From positions 226,275-290,274 of IMG/VR virus record IMGVR_UViG_3300032287_004484: a stretch of 64,000 nucleotides of DNA. One strand, given 5' to 3'. A model generated the notes under the pieces. It made no database searches and was not told the origin of the DNA. It saw only the letters and a program-made list of their open reading frames with translations. Position 1 is the first letter of the stretch, and the number at the start of each line of letters is the position of its first letter. Positions 39,923-50,064 of this stretch are shown piece after piece. The position numbers and the translations under genes were made by a program.

Positions 39923-40857
39923 TCTTCTAATCCATAAAATGGAGCGTTATCTTGAAATATATCTTTAAACATTCCATATTCCATTTTCATTATTTCATCT
40001 TTATCATACATTTCACTTCCATCATCAGAATTATAAGATGAAGAGAAAGCATTATCAACAATTTCTTTTAATTTATCTTTACTAATGCCAGCAATTTGTA
40101 TTGCGTTATATTCTAAAGATTCTTTATCATCATACTCTTTTTTTGATATAATTATTATATCTTCTTTTTTATCTACATTATATCCATTAAAAGGATTAGA
40201 ATTTACTTCGTCTAAAAAATAACCTATTGACATAGTTCTAGCACGTATAGGAGAAATTTTATTTTGACTCATAATAGAAGATATTTTATCTTCTGAAAAT
40301 TTTAGTTTATCTTTTATTACTGATAAAAATTTATCGTTGATTGATGCTTCTATTTTTTTTACTTCTTTCTTATTTTTTTGTTTTTTTATTGAGCTTTCAC
40401 TTTCTAATCTTTTTAAAATATCATCTTTATAAAGTTTAACATATTTTTCTGGAGTAATTAAACGATAATTAAAAATAAATTCGATAGGATCTCCATTAAA
40501 AAATCCTGTAATTATCTTTCCAAGATTAACATCTTCGATAATTTTTTCTTGAAACTTTTTTAAACTTTCTTTATTAATCTTAAAAAGATTCATGATAGCA
40601 ATATCTGTTTTATTAAAATTTGCAATATTTTTCTTAGTATCATCATCTATGTTACTATTAGATTTTAATTTATTTAATAAATCTCCTAATTTTTGTTTTT
40701 TAGCATAATCATAACTTATTTCTTCAATTATATATTTTTCTTGATTTATTAAATAACAAAAAACATCAGGCTTCTTATAAGAATTTAAAATACTTCTTTT
40801 TTCAGAATCACTATATCCTTCTTGAATGATTGAAATGTATTTTTTAAACAGCGACAT
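39919..40857 (-). CDS. putative internal head protein
   Basis: MSLFKKYISIIQE|G; ATCATAAAAATA at 40875-40886. Confidence 0.6.
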   Translation of the reverse strand: MSLFKKYISIIQEGYSDSEKRSILNSYKKPDVFCYLINQEKYIIEEISYDYAKKQKLGDLLNKLKSNSNIDDDTKKNIANFNKTDIAIMNLFKINKESLKKFQEKIIEDVNLGKIITGFFNGDPIEFIFNYRLITPEKYVKLYKDDILKRLESESSIKKQKNKKEVKKIEASINDKFLSVIKDKLKFSEDKISSIMSQNKISPIRARTMSIGYFLDEVNSNPFNGYNVDKKEDIIIISKKEYDDKESLEYNAIQIAGISKDKLKEIVDNAFSSSYNSDDGSEMYDKDEIMKMEYGMFKDIFQDNAPFYGLED

Positions 40858-40919
40858 ATTTACCTCTTTTTCTTTATTTTTATGATAAAAAGATAAATAT
40901 GTAGTATTTTTTTAAAAAA

Positions 40920-41264
40920 TTATAATTTTTTAAAGTTTAAATGATTTTGATAATATAACCATTCTTCATTAATCCAAACATAGTTATATTCTTGTCTAAA
41001 ATCAAGTAACTGCTTTTGAGTTTTTAAAATTTCTGATTTTTGATCTTTTTCTTGACGATCACGTTCATAAAAAAGACTAGAATTAATATCCTCTCCAAGA
41101 GAAGATATATTTCCGAAAGATAATAACTGTCTAATTTTATCTTCAGAATTATAATTTTCTTTTAGAGTTTTTCCAACTCCTCCTAAATAACCATCCCAGT
41201 GACAATAAACTGATTCTATTGTCTCATCATCGTTTTGAATTCCTATTGTACTTCTTGTTGCCAT
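40920..41264 (-). CDS. YCHWDGY-family protein, paralog of 56811..57182
   Basis: MATRSTI...YCHWDGYL.GVG.TL. Confidence 0.75.
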   Translation of the reverse strand: MATRSTIGIQNDDETIESVYCHWDGYLGGVGKTLKENYNSEDKIRQLLSFGNISSLGEDINSSLFYERDRQEKDQKSEILKTQKQLLDFRQEYNYVWINEEWLYYQNHLNFKKL

Positions 41265-41279
41265 GGTTTTCTCCTTTTT

Positions 41280-41615
41280 TTAAATAATCCATTCTTCAAA
41301 TGAAAATTTCTTGCTAAATGTTATTGAATCCATTCTATGAATATCTATCATTTTTAATTTTTTAATTTTTTCAAAATTTTCAAAACTGATTGGTATTTTA
41401 GATGAATTATTATAATAAATTTTAAAAAGCAATAAATCTTTACTAATTTTAGTGTACAAAATTCTATCATTAGAAATATCTTCTTTATCTGTAAAAAAAG
41501 TAACTTTTTTTTGTCCATCAATTAATAAAAGACTGTCAATTTCATTTCTATTTGATTTTTTAGAATAATAATCATCAAATTGATATAGACTGGTTAAAAT
41601 TAAAAAATAATTCAT
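41280..41615 (-). CDS. small tagged accessory protein (FEEWII)
   Basis: Tag present although the next gene has its own separate SD. Confidence 0.7.
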   Translation of the reverse strand: MNYFLILTSLYQFDDYYSKKSNRNEIDSLLLIDGQKKVTFFTDKEDISNDRILYTKISKDLLLFKIYYNNSSKIPISFENFEKIKKLKMIDIHRMDSITFSKKFSFEEWII

Positions 41616-41980
41616 ATTAATAATTCAGCTTTTTCATTAATTATTTTTTCTGCTTTTTCTAAAGACTCTATTTGTTTAAAACTAAGTGCTTTTCCCCATT
41701 CATTACAAGAAGAATAAATCTGATTACTAACAAATTGTATTGAGCGTAGAAACATTCCCATTTTTGTTCTTTCTTCTTTAGGTACTGGTTTATTCATAAT
41801 AGATAAGTAGATTTCACGAACTCTAAGGAGGCGATTCCAATTCTTTTTATCTTCATCAGCCCATTTAGAAATAGATTCTTGACGATATCTTTCTTTTCCT
41901 TTGTCCATATTTTGCTGATAAAGTCTTGCTTTTTTTACTTTATCAGAATTTATACCACCTCTAAAATTCGTATATATCAT
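41612..41980 (-). CDS. accessory protein ending KAELLI
   Basis: Behind minus promoter 42027-42043. Confidence 0.65.
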   Translation of the reverse strand: MIYTNFRGGINSDKVKKARLYQQNMDKGKERYRQESISKWADEDKKNWNRLLRVREIYLSIMNKPVPKEERTKMGMFLRSIQFVSNQIYSSCNEWGKALSFKQIESLEKAEKIINEKAELLI

Positions 41981-42105
41981 ACTATTCTTCTCCTATATAT
42001 TAATATAATAACTATTTTTCTAATATGATGTCTAAACCTAAAAAAGAAACAATAGAACTATTAGGTTTAAACACTTAACTCTATTGCTAATATAATAATT
42101 TTACT

Positions 42106-43116
42106 ATGGTTAATATAAATTTACTTGAAAAAATGGTTGAAGAAGATTTAGTCAATGCTACTGATCACCCTACTCTTCCAATTACGATCTTTAATTATTC
42201 TAAATTTTGTCAATTCAAAAAGGAATGGAATGAAATAACTCTTCAATGTAGAGGATTAATCTTAGACGATAATTATAATGTTATCGCTAAACCTTTTCCT
42301 AAGTTTTTTAATTTAGAAGAAGAAAAAAGTATTCCTAACGAACCTTATACGATTTATGAAAAATTAGATGGATCACTAGGTATTCTTTTCTTTTATGAAG
42401 GTTGGCATATGGCAACTAGAGGATCCTTCATTTCTGAACAGTCTGTTAAAGCTAAACAAATATTAATCCAAAAATATTCTCATCTTTTAGATTCTTTAAA
42501 TCGTGATTGGACTTATCTATTTGAAATAATTTATCCTGAGAATCGTATTGTATTAAACTACGGTGATCAAGAAGATATTATAATGCTTGGCATTTTTGAT
42601 CGCAATTCCTTACAAGAAATAGAATTAAAAGATTATGGTTTTCCATATTTAAAACCTAGCCAATACAATTCACTATCTTTTAAAGAACTTAAAAATCTTA
42701 ACATCAAAAATCACGAAGGTTTTGTAATTAAGTTTGAAAATGGAAAAAGAATTAAAATTAAATTTGAAGACTATGTTCAATTACATGGAATCGTTACTGA
42801 ATTTAGCAATAAAAAAGTATGGGAGATGTTAAGCACTGGAGCAAATTTTAATGATCTTCTAGAAGTTGTTCCAGATGAATTCTTTCAAAAAGTTAAAGAT
42901 GTTAAAGAAGAATTAGAAAATCAATTTTCTTCTATTAAACAAAAATCAATTTCTATTGCTAATGATGTTAAAAATTTTCCTGATCGTAAATCAATAGCAG
43001 TTCACTTACTTAATAATCACAAAGATGTAATGTCTGTTGTATTTGGATTATTAGATAATAAAGATGTAGATAAAATAATTTGGAAAATGATTCAGCCAGA
43101 TTTTGAAAAAATTTAA
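42106..43116 (+). CDS. rnlA: T4 Rnl1-like RNA ligase
   Basis: CRGLIL, PFPKFFN, EKLDGS, TRGSF, FEII, EGFVI, KIKF. Confidence 0.92.
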   Translation: MVNINLLEKMVEEDLVNATDHPTLPITIFNYSKFCQFKKEWNEITLQCRGLILDDNYNVIAKPFPKFFNLEEEKSIPNEPYTIYEKLDGSLGILFFYEGWHMATRGSFISEQSVKAKQILIQKYSHLLDSLNRDWTYLFEIIYPENRIVLNYGDQEDIIMLGIFDRNSLQEIELKDYGFPYLKPSQYNSLSFKELKNLNIKNHEGFVIKFENGKRIKIKFEDYVQLHGIVTEFSNKKVWEMLSTGANFNDLLEVVPDEFFQKVKDVKEELENQFSSIKQKSISIANDVKNFPDRKSIAVHLLNNHKDVMSVVFGLLDNKDVDKIIWKMIQPDFEKI

Positions 43117-43646
43117 ACTGATTTCTTTAAAAGAACATAACAGTACATATTAATATTCACTATAACTTTCTTATTATTTTTAAAAGAAAATGCCCAATAA
43201 TTTTGATGATCATATGGTGTTGAACTCCAATAAAAATCATCATCAAAATTTTTCTTTATACTGTTAGGTAAACTAATAAAATCATCTATCGTTAAAAGAC
43301 TCCAGTTACTACCTCTATTATAAAGATAATGTGATAATTTAGAATATGGCAAACAAGGATGTTTATAAGTCTCTTCTAGTTCTATTTCTTCTTTGACCTC
43401 TTGAATATGAACGTTTTTTTTAACGCTAAAAAATCCTTTTAAGTAATCTTCAATTCTATTAAAAAGCAAACCCTCATTTATTTGAGAGGTTTGTTCTTGA
43501 TTATCAATAAAAACTTCTTCATAAAAAATATCTTTTATGTTTTCTATTATAAGATCTACATCATTACTATTAATCATATCTATCTTATCTTTGTTAATAT
43601 CTTGATTTAAAATTTCTTTTTTGTTGTTTATTTCTTCTTGTTTCAT
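43113..43646 (-). CDS. protein with C-terminal Lcl/DUF1566-like domain
   Basis: WSLLTIDDF...FYWSST...YWAFSF. Confidence 0.65.
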   Translation of the reverse strand: MKQEEINNKKEILNQDINKDKIDMINSNDVDLIIENIKDIFYEEVFIDNQEQTSQINEGLLFNRIEDYLKGFFSVKKNVHIQEVKEEIELEETYKHPCLPYSKLSHYLYNRGSNWSLLTIDDFISLPNSIKKNFDDDFYWSSTPYDHQNYWAFSFKNNKKVIVNINMYCYVLLKKSV

Positions 43647-43750
43647 TTCTTAATCAGTAGTATTATTTTCTCTACCTTCAGAGAATTTTATACAAGATGT
43701 TTATTATATGTTTATGTTTTTTTTATTTTATGATAAAAAATTTTTAACAG

Positions 43751-44335
43751 TTGATGTTATATAATATCTATATGAAACATAAAAAAACTATAAAAACAGA
43801 AACGATGGATTTTAAATTTATAAGTTTATTTGGCGATATTACTGACGAATCTTCTAAAGATGTTATTATACCGATACTTAAAGAAAGAAATAAAAATTTG
43901 ATTTTATTAATTAATTCTATGGGTGGAAGTGTTAGTGCTGGTAATGCTATTATTGATGCTATGCTTTGGTCTAAGGTTCCAGTGTACACAGTAGTAATAG
44001 GAGCAGCTTATTCTATGGCTTTTAATATCTCTATTATGGGAGAAAAAAGATTTTGTACTCCTCTTTCAACTTTTATGGTTCATGATAGTCAATATGATTT
44101 TGGTGTTTATAATCATCCATTAGATATAAAAGATGTAGTTGATTTTCAATTAAAAGTTGATAGTATTCTTAATAAATTTATAACTACTAAAACAAAAATA
44201 ACTCCTCAAGAACTTGAAAAGATGTTAACATCTAGAAGAGATAATTATTTTATGGCTGATGCTGCACTAAAGAAAAAGATTGTAGATTATGTTATAAAAG
44301 ATGAAGATGAATTATTAAAAAATATTGTTGATTGA
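43751..44335 (+). CDS. clpP: ClpP-like protease
   Basis: INSMGGSV, AYSMA (Ser), MVH (His), RDNYF (Asp). Confidence 0.9.
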   Translation: MMLYNIYMKHKKTIKTETMDFKFISLFGDITDESSKDVIIPILKERNKNLILLINSMGGSVSAGNAIIDAMLWSKVPVYTVVIGAAYSMAFNISIMGEKRFCTPLSTFMVHDSQYDFGVYNHPLDIKDVVDFQLKVDSILNKFITTKTKITPQELEKMLTSRRDNYFMADAALKKKIVDYVIKDEDELLKNIVD

Positions 44336-44887
44336 TTATTTAGTTTCTTCTGGAGGAGTCTCTTCAGCAGGTGTAGATTCAACCTTTTCTTCTGGAGCCA
44401 TTTCAGATGCAAAATCATCAGATCCAGATTGTCCATCCTTTTTACCAGCAATAACATATGCTCCTCGAATTGTTTTAGAATCAAGATAATATTTTTGATT
44501 ATTAAAAGTTAAACTTTTTTTATCATCGCTAATATTAATCTCTTTTTTATTGTTTTTTTGATAAATTACATTATTTATAATTGGGTAATAAGAATTATTA
44601 ACCTCAAGATATAATTTTTCTTCATCTTTTGGAAGATCTTCTAAAGTAGATTCTTTAATTTTTCTTGAATAAAAAAATATTTTAATTGGTTTATTTAAAG
44701 CTTTTGGTTCTATATATCCAATATCTTTAATATTAGGAAAAAGACCTTTATTAATAAATGATTTATATTGACCATTGATACGAATACTATTTATAGGATA
44801 AAATGTATTTTCTTTTTTATCGTAAAAAACTTTTTCTAAAAATTCAAACAATAAAATTTTGTTTTCAAAGTATTTTATTAAATTCAT
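44336..44887 (-). CDS. putative internal head protein
   Basis: MNLIKYFENKILLFE N-terminus; acidic/proline tail. Confidence 0.5.
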   Translation of the reverse strand: MNLIKYFENKILLFEFLEKVFYDKKENTFYPINSIRINGQYKSFINKGLFPNIKDIGYIEPKALNKPIKIFFYSRKIKESTLEDLPKDEEKLYLEVNNSYYPIINNVIYQKNNKKEINISDDKKSLTFNNQKYYLDSKTIRGAYVIAGKKDGQSGSDDFASEMAPEEKVESTPAEETPPEETK

Positions 44888-44962
44888 GTTAAAGATTACT
44901 TAATATATATTTTATAATTTTATAACATTTTTATTTATTTTTTATGATTTTATTTTTAGACA

Positions 44963-45000
44963 TAAAAAAAAGTGGGAATTTTATATCCCACCTTTTTTAT
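44963..45000. terminator. terminator downstream of 45004..45189
   Basis: AAAAGTGGGA...TCCCACCTTTTTT; similar to 54412-54444. Confidence 0.7.
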
Positions 45001-45003
45001 TTT

Positions 45004-45189
45004 TTAAGAACTTTTGTTTACTACATTGAGTGCTTTGATAATATCGTTTGCTTTCGCAACTACGTTATCTAAGCCTTTTGGTATTTCCTCATAAAGAAGC
45101 TCCATAGCAGCTGCCTTTGTTGCTTCTTCTAACGTTGAAAACTCTCTGTCCCCTACTTTATAAGTCTTGGATATTTCTATTCCTTCCAT
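45004..45189 (-). CDS. about 60-aa protein, triplicated family
   Basis: YKVGDREFSTLEEA; paralogs at 46104 and 54449. Confidence 0.75.
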   Translation of the reverse strand: MEGIEISKTYKVGDREFSTLEEATKAAAMELLYEEIPKGLDNVVAKANDIIKALNVVNKSS

Positions 45190-45359
45190 ATTTAATTTAC
45201 CTCTTTTATTTTAGTTATATAAATAGAATAATACTATTTTGAATTAATGCAAAAACCCAAAAAGTATATCCAGTAATATAGGATATATTTTTAGGTTTAA
45301 TCACTTACTAGAATAAATAGTATAAATTAGTATGGCAAGAAATAAAAGTATGGTACAAT

Positions 45360-45653
45360 ATGGTTAATAAAAAATTAATTCTAACTGTTTTTCTAATCTC
45401 AAAATCAATATTTAGCACTCCTGAAATAGGTGATATAATTGAAGATCCATTATCTTTTTCTGAGTGGGATTATTGTTTTATTCTTAAAAAGAATAAAACA
45501 GATAAGGAACATTTTGCGAAAGTAGAAAATGGTGAAAAAATCAAGAATATCATGATTCAAGAGAATTTAAAAAGTATCTACTTTAGGGATTGCCGATTAG
45601 AAAAAAAATGGAGGAAAATATTGAGGAAGATTCAAATTGAAAATAAAATTTAA
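45360..45653 (+). CDS. small secreted protein
   Basis: Signal-like N-terminus. Confidence 0.5.
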   Translation: MVNKKLILTVFLISKSIFSTPEIGDIIEDPLSFSEWDYCFILKKNKTDKEHFAKVENGEKIKNIMIQENLKSIYFRDCRLEKKWRKILRKIQIENKI

Positions 45654-45661
45654 AATAAAAG

Positions 45662-46072
45662 GTGAGTAAAATGGATGAGCACATGATAGATGATTTATTA
45701 GATGAATCAAGCAATGAAGGTTTGTGTTCAATGAATTGTTCTGATATACAGAGCATAATAAATTTCTGTAAAGAAAATTATGATTCTTGGAAGGATATTA
45801 AACTAGGATATGTAATGACTTTTTCTAGCGATAAAAAATTACCTTTAGAAGTAAATGATTTTGAATTAGATAGAGGACGAAGAAATTTAGTTTTCAAATC
45901 TAAGGATAATATATCTGAGATAGTTACTTTATCACAATTAGAAAAATATTTAGATTTCTTAAAGTTTGATATAGATGATTGGTCTAGCGTTAGAATTTCT
46001 TGTGATAACTATTCATATGCTAATGGTAGTTATATGAATGATTCTAATGATACTTATTATTTTCTTTCTTAG
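45662..46072 (+). CDS. hypothetical protein, paralog of 18982..19413
   Basis: Shared motifs noted at 18982. Confidence 0.6.
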   Translation: MSKMDEHMIDDLLDESSNEGLCSMNCSDIQSIINFCKENYDSWKDIKLGYVMTFSSDKKLPLEVNDFELDRGRRNLVFKSKDNISEIVTLSQLEKYLDFLKFDIDDWSSVRISCDNYSYANGSYMNDSNDTYYFLS

Positions 46073-46103
46073 GTCAACAAAAAAATAAAAAGGAGGTTTC
46101 TGA

Positions 46104-46280
46104 ATGAAACTCGAAAGTAAAAAAGTGTATAAGGTAGATGGTATGGATTATGAAACGAAAAAAGAGGCTAATTTAGCTTTATCTAAAAAATCTCTTCAAG
46201 AGTACCTAGATAAAGGTATTGATGAGATTGTTGCTAATTCCTCTGAAGTTATCAGACTTCTCCGACCATTTAAAAAATAA
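46104..46280 (+). CDS. 58-aa protein, triplicated family (not in track)
   Basis: MKLESKKVYKVDGMDYETKKEA...; AGGAGG SD; terminator 46296-46326. Confidence 0.8.
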   Translation: MKLESKKVYKVDGMDYETKKEANLALSKKSLQEYLDKGIDEIVANSSEVIRLLRPFKK

Positions 46281-46331
46281 AATAGGAGCCTAATTATAGG
46301 GAGTACAAAACTCCCTATTTTTTTTTAAACT

Positions 46332-47108
46332 ATGAATCAACTAACAATAAATAAAGAAATATGGGGATATAATTTTGAATCTTTTTTAGACCAAGAAATT
46401 CCACAAAATATTTTTCAAGATGATCTTAAGATTTTAAATTCTGAAAAATTTGATTTCAATGAAAAAGAATTAAGTGATTTTTTATTCTTTCTAAAATTAG
46501 ACTCATTAAATACTATCTATAAAGAAGTCCATGTCGCTAGAAAAAGAACAATAAATAGAGAAACAGTTTATAATGATACTCCATTTCAATCAGCAAGGAT
46601 CAGAGTTATTAAAGACTATATCTATAAAAAACAAATGTTCTTTAACTTATTTAATTTTTATTTAGAATCTAATTTTTCTAATGATAATCCAACTTCACAT
46701 AAACAACTGACTGTTGAAGTATTAGAAAAAATGGTTTTAAGTTTAAGTTATATGTCTGGATCTGGATTCAATAAATCTTTAACTGAGATGCTAAGAAAAT
46801 CACAAAGTAAAAATTATTCATTTCAATTAAAAGATATTGTTTGGATTAAAGAAACTGAAAACTTTAAGGATTGTATGTTAGTCGAATTGGACTTAGATTT
46901 ACCTCCTGATTCTAATGTATTTTTTAATTCTTTTATGAATAATAAAAGTTTTGAAGATACTTTTAATTCTCTTGGAGATGATAAATTTAAGTATGCTAAA
47001 CATATCAACCTTGATAACAAACTATACCACTTCTCTAAAAAATCCCTTCAAAAAGACAATCAAAAGGTTATCTTCTTTTTAGATAAACTTTTTGAATTAA
47101 AAAAATAA
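46332..47108 (+). CDS. hypothetical protein
   Basis: 258-aa ORF. Confidence 0.6.
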   Translation: MNQLTINKEIWGYNFESFLDQEIPQNIFQDDLKILNSEKFDFNEKELSDFLFFLKLDSLNTIYKEVHVARKRTINRETVYNDTPFQSARIRVIKDYIYKKQMFFNLFNFYLESNFSNDNPTSHKQLTVEVLEKMVLSLSYMSGSGFNKSLTEMLRKSQSKNYSFQLKDIVWIKETENFKDCMLVELDLDLPPDSNVFFNSFMNNKSFEDTFNSLGDDKFKYAKHINLDNKLYHFSKKSLQKDNQKVIFFLDKLFELKK

Positions 47109-47149
47109 AAAATTAGTTCATCTTATATACCTAACTATATAATTAATAT

Positions 47150-47728
47150 ATGGTATATAAGATGAACTTCTTCTATTTAAAAAGAAAAATTAAAGTTAAA
47201 AGTTTTTTTCTTCGTCAAGATTTTAAATATTTTTTTAGTGATATTCATGATAAAATAGATAAGATTTTTATTTCTAATCCAAGATGGTTTTTTAAAAGAA
47301 TAAAATATCTCATTTACTGGATTCCTATAATTTGGAAAGATTATTGGTTTGATGATTATTATATTTTAATTATTTTAAAACATAAATTAAAAGATATGGC
47401 AATTAATTTTAAAGAAAATGGGATGACTGTCGAATCAGCTACAATAGCTAAAGAAATAGATGAATTAATAAGATTAATTGATTTATATCATTATGAAGAT
47501 AACGAGATATATGGTAATGAAGTAGAAAAAATTTACGGTAAAGATATAGATCCGTTTTCTACTAAAAGAGTTAAACAAGGTTATAGATGGTTAGTTTCTA
47601 AAAATAGAAATGAAAAATATTTTGAAGATTTAAGAAATTTTATGGATTTAAATGAAAAAAGAAAAAAGATTTTAATAGATAAAATATATAAAACTCTAGC
47701 GGAGAATAATGGTTATTGGTGGGATTAA
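47150..47728 (+). CDS. conserved phage hypothetical protein
   Basis: WIPIIWKDYWFD...KHKL and terminal WWD. Confidence 0.7.
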   Translation: MVYKMNFFYLKRKIKVKSFFLRQDFKYFFSDIHDKIDKIFISNPRWFFKRIKYLIYWIPIIWKDYWFDDYYILIILKHKLKDMAINFKENGMTVESATIAKEIDELIRLIDLYHYEDNEIYGNEVEKIYGKDIDPFSTKRVKQGYRWLVSKNRNEKYFEDLRNFMDLNEKRKKILIDKIYKTLAENNGYWWD

Positions 47729-47939
47729 TTTTCAAAATATATATTTGATGATTAAAAAAAACAAAGATAAAATAAAGCCAATCAATACCATTAATTGTTC
47801 TAATAACTTAAAAAAAAATAAAGAAGGTGAAAATAAAAACATTGAATTTTATGTTTAATATGTTTTTTCGTTTCTGATTTAATATAATTTAAATAGCTGA
47901 TATTTAATATCAGAGATCACTATAAGGAGACCATAAAAC

Positions 47940-48188
47940 ATGGCAAAACTCAGAACAAAAAAAACTAAAACAATTTCTAAAATTTCTAAAACACCTAAAA
48001 TAGCAACTGCATCTGCAAAAGATTTAGGATTAGAAAAAGTACAAGTTAACTCCATCAAGACTCTTTACACAAAAGAAAAACTAGGCGCTAAAAAGATTTC
48101 TGATACCATAGGTATTCCAAGAAGAAAAGTAATGAGAGTTCTAGAACTCGAAGGACTTTGTTCTTTCGCAACCGGTTCTTACAAATAA
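47940..48188 (+). CDS. basic HTH DNA-binding protein
   Basis: K/T-rich N-terminus; LGAKKISDTIGIPRRKVMRVL helix-turn-helix. Confidence 0.6.
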   Translation: MAKLRTKKTKTISKISKTPKIATASAKDLGLEKVQVNSIKTLYTKEKLGAKKISDTIGIPRRKVMRVLELEGLCSFATGSYK

Positions 48189-48207
48189 TTTTTAATAGGA
48201 TTAAATA

Positions 48208-48879
48208 GTGAAAAAAATAATTTTCCTCGAAAAAGAATTAAAAATAGACGACTTCTCAGCGAGTAAAATGGGATCTTTCTCTGGAACACTAGATGAAAAT
48301 GGTTATTCTATTTTAAGAGAAGAGAAAAAAATAAGATATTTTTTAAATCAATCTTTAAAATATTCTAATCCAGTTCTTTTAGATATTGGATCTAATTTTG
48401 GTTCTTATTCTTATTTATCACTATTTAATCCTAACCTAGTAGTACACTCTTTTGAACCAGTTCCAATAGTATATCAATCTTTTTTAGAAAACATAAAATT
48501 AAACGATATTCCTAATATCAATATTTATAATTATGGATTATCTTCTTATAATGGAAACGCTAAAATTAGAATACCAAAAAGTAACAACATTGGCATGTCT
48601 AAAATATCTAAAAAAGGTGATTTAGATATTGAATTAAGAACTTTAGATTCTCATATAGATAGCATTAAAGAATGTCACCTTATTAAAATAGACGTTGAAG
48701 GACACGAGTTAGAAGTTCTAAAAGGATCAGTAGAGTTTTTTAAACTTCGTAATCCAAAATATATTCAAATAGAAATCTGGAAAGATTCACCTACAAAAGA
48801 AGAAACGATTAATTGGTTTTTAGATAGAGGATATCAGTATAAAAAAAATAGAACTGATTATATATTTTTTCCAAAATAA
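48208..48879 (+). CDS. FkbM-family SAM methyltransferase
   Basis: LDIGSNFG, SFEP, KIDVEGHELEVLKG. Confidence 0.9.
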   Translation: MKKIIFLEKELKIDDFSASKMGSFSGTLDENGYSILREEKKIRYFLNQSLKYSNPVLLDIGSNFGSYSYLSLFNPNLVVHSFEPVPIVYQSFLENIKLNDIPNINIYNYGLSSYNGNAKIRIPKSNNIGMSKISKKGDLDIELRTLDSHIDSIKECHLIKIDVEGHELEVLKGSVEFFKLRNPKYIQIEIWKDSPTKEETINWFLDRGYQYKKNRTDYIFFPK

Positions 48880-49067
48880 TCATTGTCTTAATATAAAAAA
48901 TAAATTATGAAAAATAAAACATATGAATTAATAAAGGTATTATTAGCAATAGTTTTATTACCTGTTTTTATTATAATTTTTGTTGTTTCATTAATCATAA
49001 CTTCATTAGTTACTTTTTACTCTTATTTTTTTGAAATAAACAATGAAGATAAAAAAGGAGAATCAAA

Positions 49068-49382
49068 ATGAAAAAAATTATTTTTATTTTATTATTATGT
49101 ATTTTACCTCTTAAAGCTGAATCAGAGAACGAACTTTTATTTTCTGTTTTAGTTGAAAGTTCTATAACACCGGCACAAAAAACAATTATGAGTAATTATT
49201 TTAAATCTTTAATTTCTAAAAAAGAAAATGAAATTAAAAAACTTGAAGATAAAATTTTATTATCTTATGGCGGTAAATATCAAAGAGATAAAATCATTAA
49301 ACAAAACATAAAAAACGAAATGATATCTCTTGAAAAAGAAATTGAAACTTATAAATACACATCTAATCAACTAGGAAAATAA
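49068..49382 (+). CDS. small secreted protein
   Basis: MKKIIFILLLCILPLKA signal peptide. Confidence 0.55.
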   Translation: MKKIIFILLLCILPLKAESENELLFSVLVESSITPAQKTIMSNYFKSLISKKENEIKKLEDKILLSYGGKYQRDKIIKQNIKNEMISLEKEIETYKYTSNQLGK

Positions 49383-49742
49383 ATGGAAGAATTTAATAAA
49401 ATAGAATTGCCCGAAGGATTAACTTCTACAGGACTTAAAGCTCCTAGAGGAATCTCTGTATCTAGGGAAAGAGCGGGTAATTATTATGATGCTGAGGAAT
49501 TTGCTAAAACAGATCCTAATCATCATATTCCTGTGATAGAAGAGTTACATGTTATTGCTGATGTTGCTCCATTTATGTTACCACAAATGGTAAGATTAGT
49601 TTCTAACACTGAGACTCCCGAATTTAATTCTGTTATGGGGTTCCTTTTAGAAAAAATCGGTAATGATCGTTATCGTTCAGAACTTTCTCCAATAAGTAAA
49701 ACTAAAAAGTGTTCTTTTGTATTAGTGAGGATTGATTATTAA
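49383..49742 (+). CDS. divergent Lcl/DUF1566-like protein, tandem paralog 1
   Basis: YYDA...HHIPVIEEL...FVLVRIDY. Confidence 0.5.
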   Translation: MEEFNKIELPEGLTSTGLKAPRGISVSRERAGNYYDAEEFAKTDPNHHIPVIEELHVIADVAPFMLPQMVRLVSNTETPEFNSVMGFLLEKIGNDRYRSELSPISKTKKCSFVLVRIDY

Positions 49743-50055
49743 AATTCGTATTCCTTCAAATTTAACTATAAATCAAATAAAAAAAGGCACTTATTATGAT
49801 GCTATTAATGATAAGAGTTATGATGATACTTTTCATGTTCCTTCTATTGAAGAAATAAGAATAGCAATTAAATATGCTGATATACCTTTTATTCAAAATA
49901 AACCTTATATTTCTAATGAATTAGTTAAAGATTCAGAAAATGAGATTAAGTGTTTAGTTTTTGTAAATTATTATAATAAATATGATTTCAAAGAAATAAC
50001 AATGGATAAGAATTCTAAGAGTACCTATTATTTTTTAATTAAAATTGATTACTGA
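49732..50055 (+). CDS. divergent Lcl/DUF1566-like protein, tandem paralog 2
   Basis: YYDA...FHVPSIEEI...YFLIKIDY. Confidence 0.5.
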   Translation: MIIKIRIPSNLTINQIKKGTYYDAINDKSYDDTFHVPSIEEIRIAIKYADIPFIQNKPYISNELVKDSENEIKCLVFVNYYNKYDFKEITMDKNSKSTYYFLIKIDY

Positions 50056-50064
50056 TGAGGTTAT

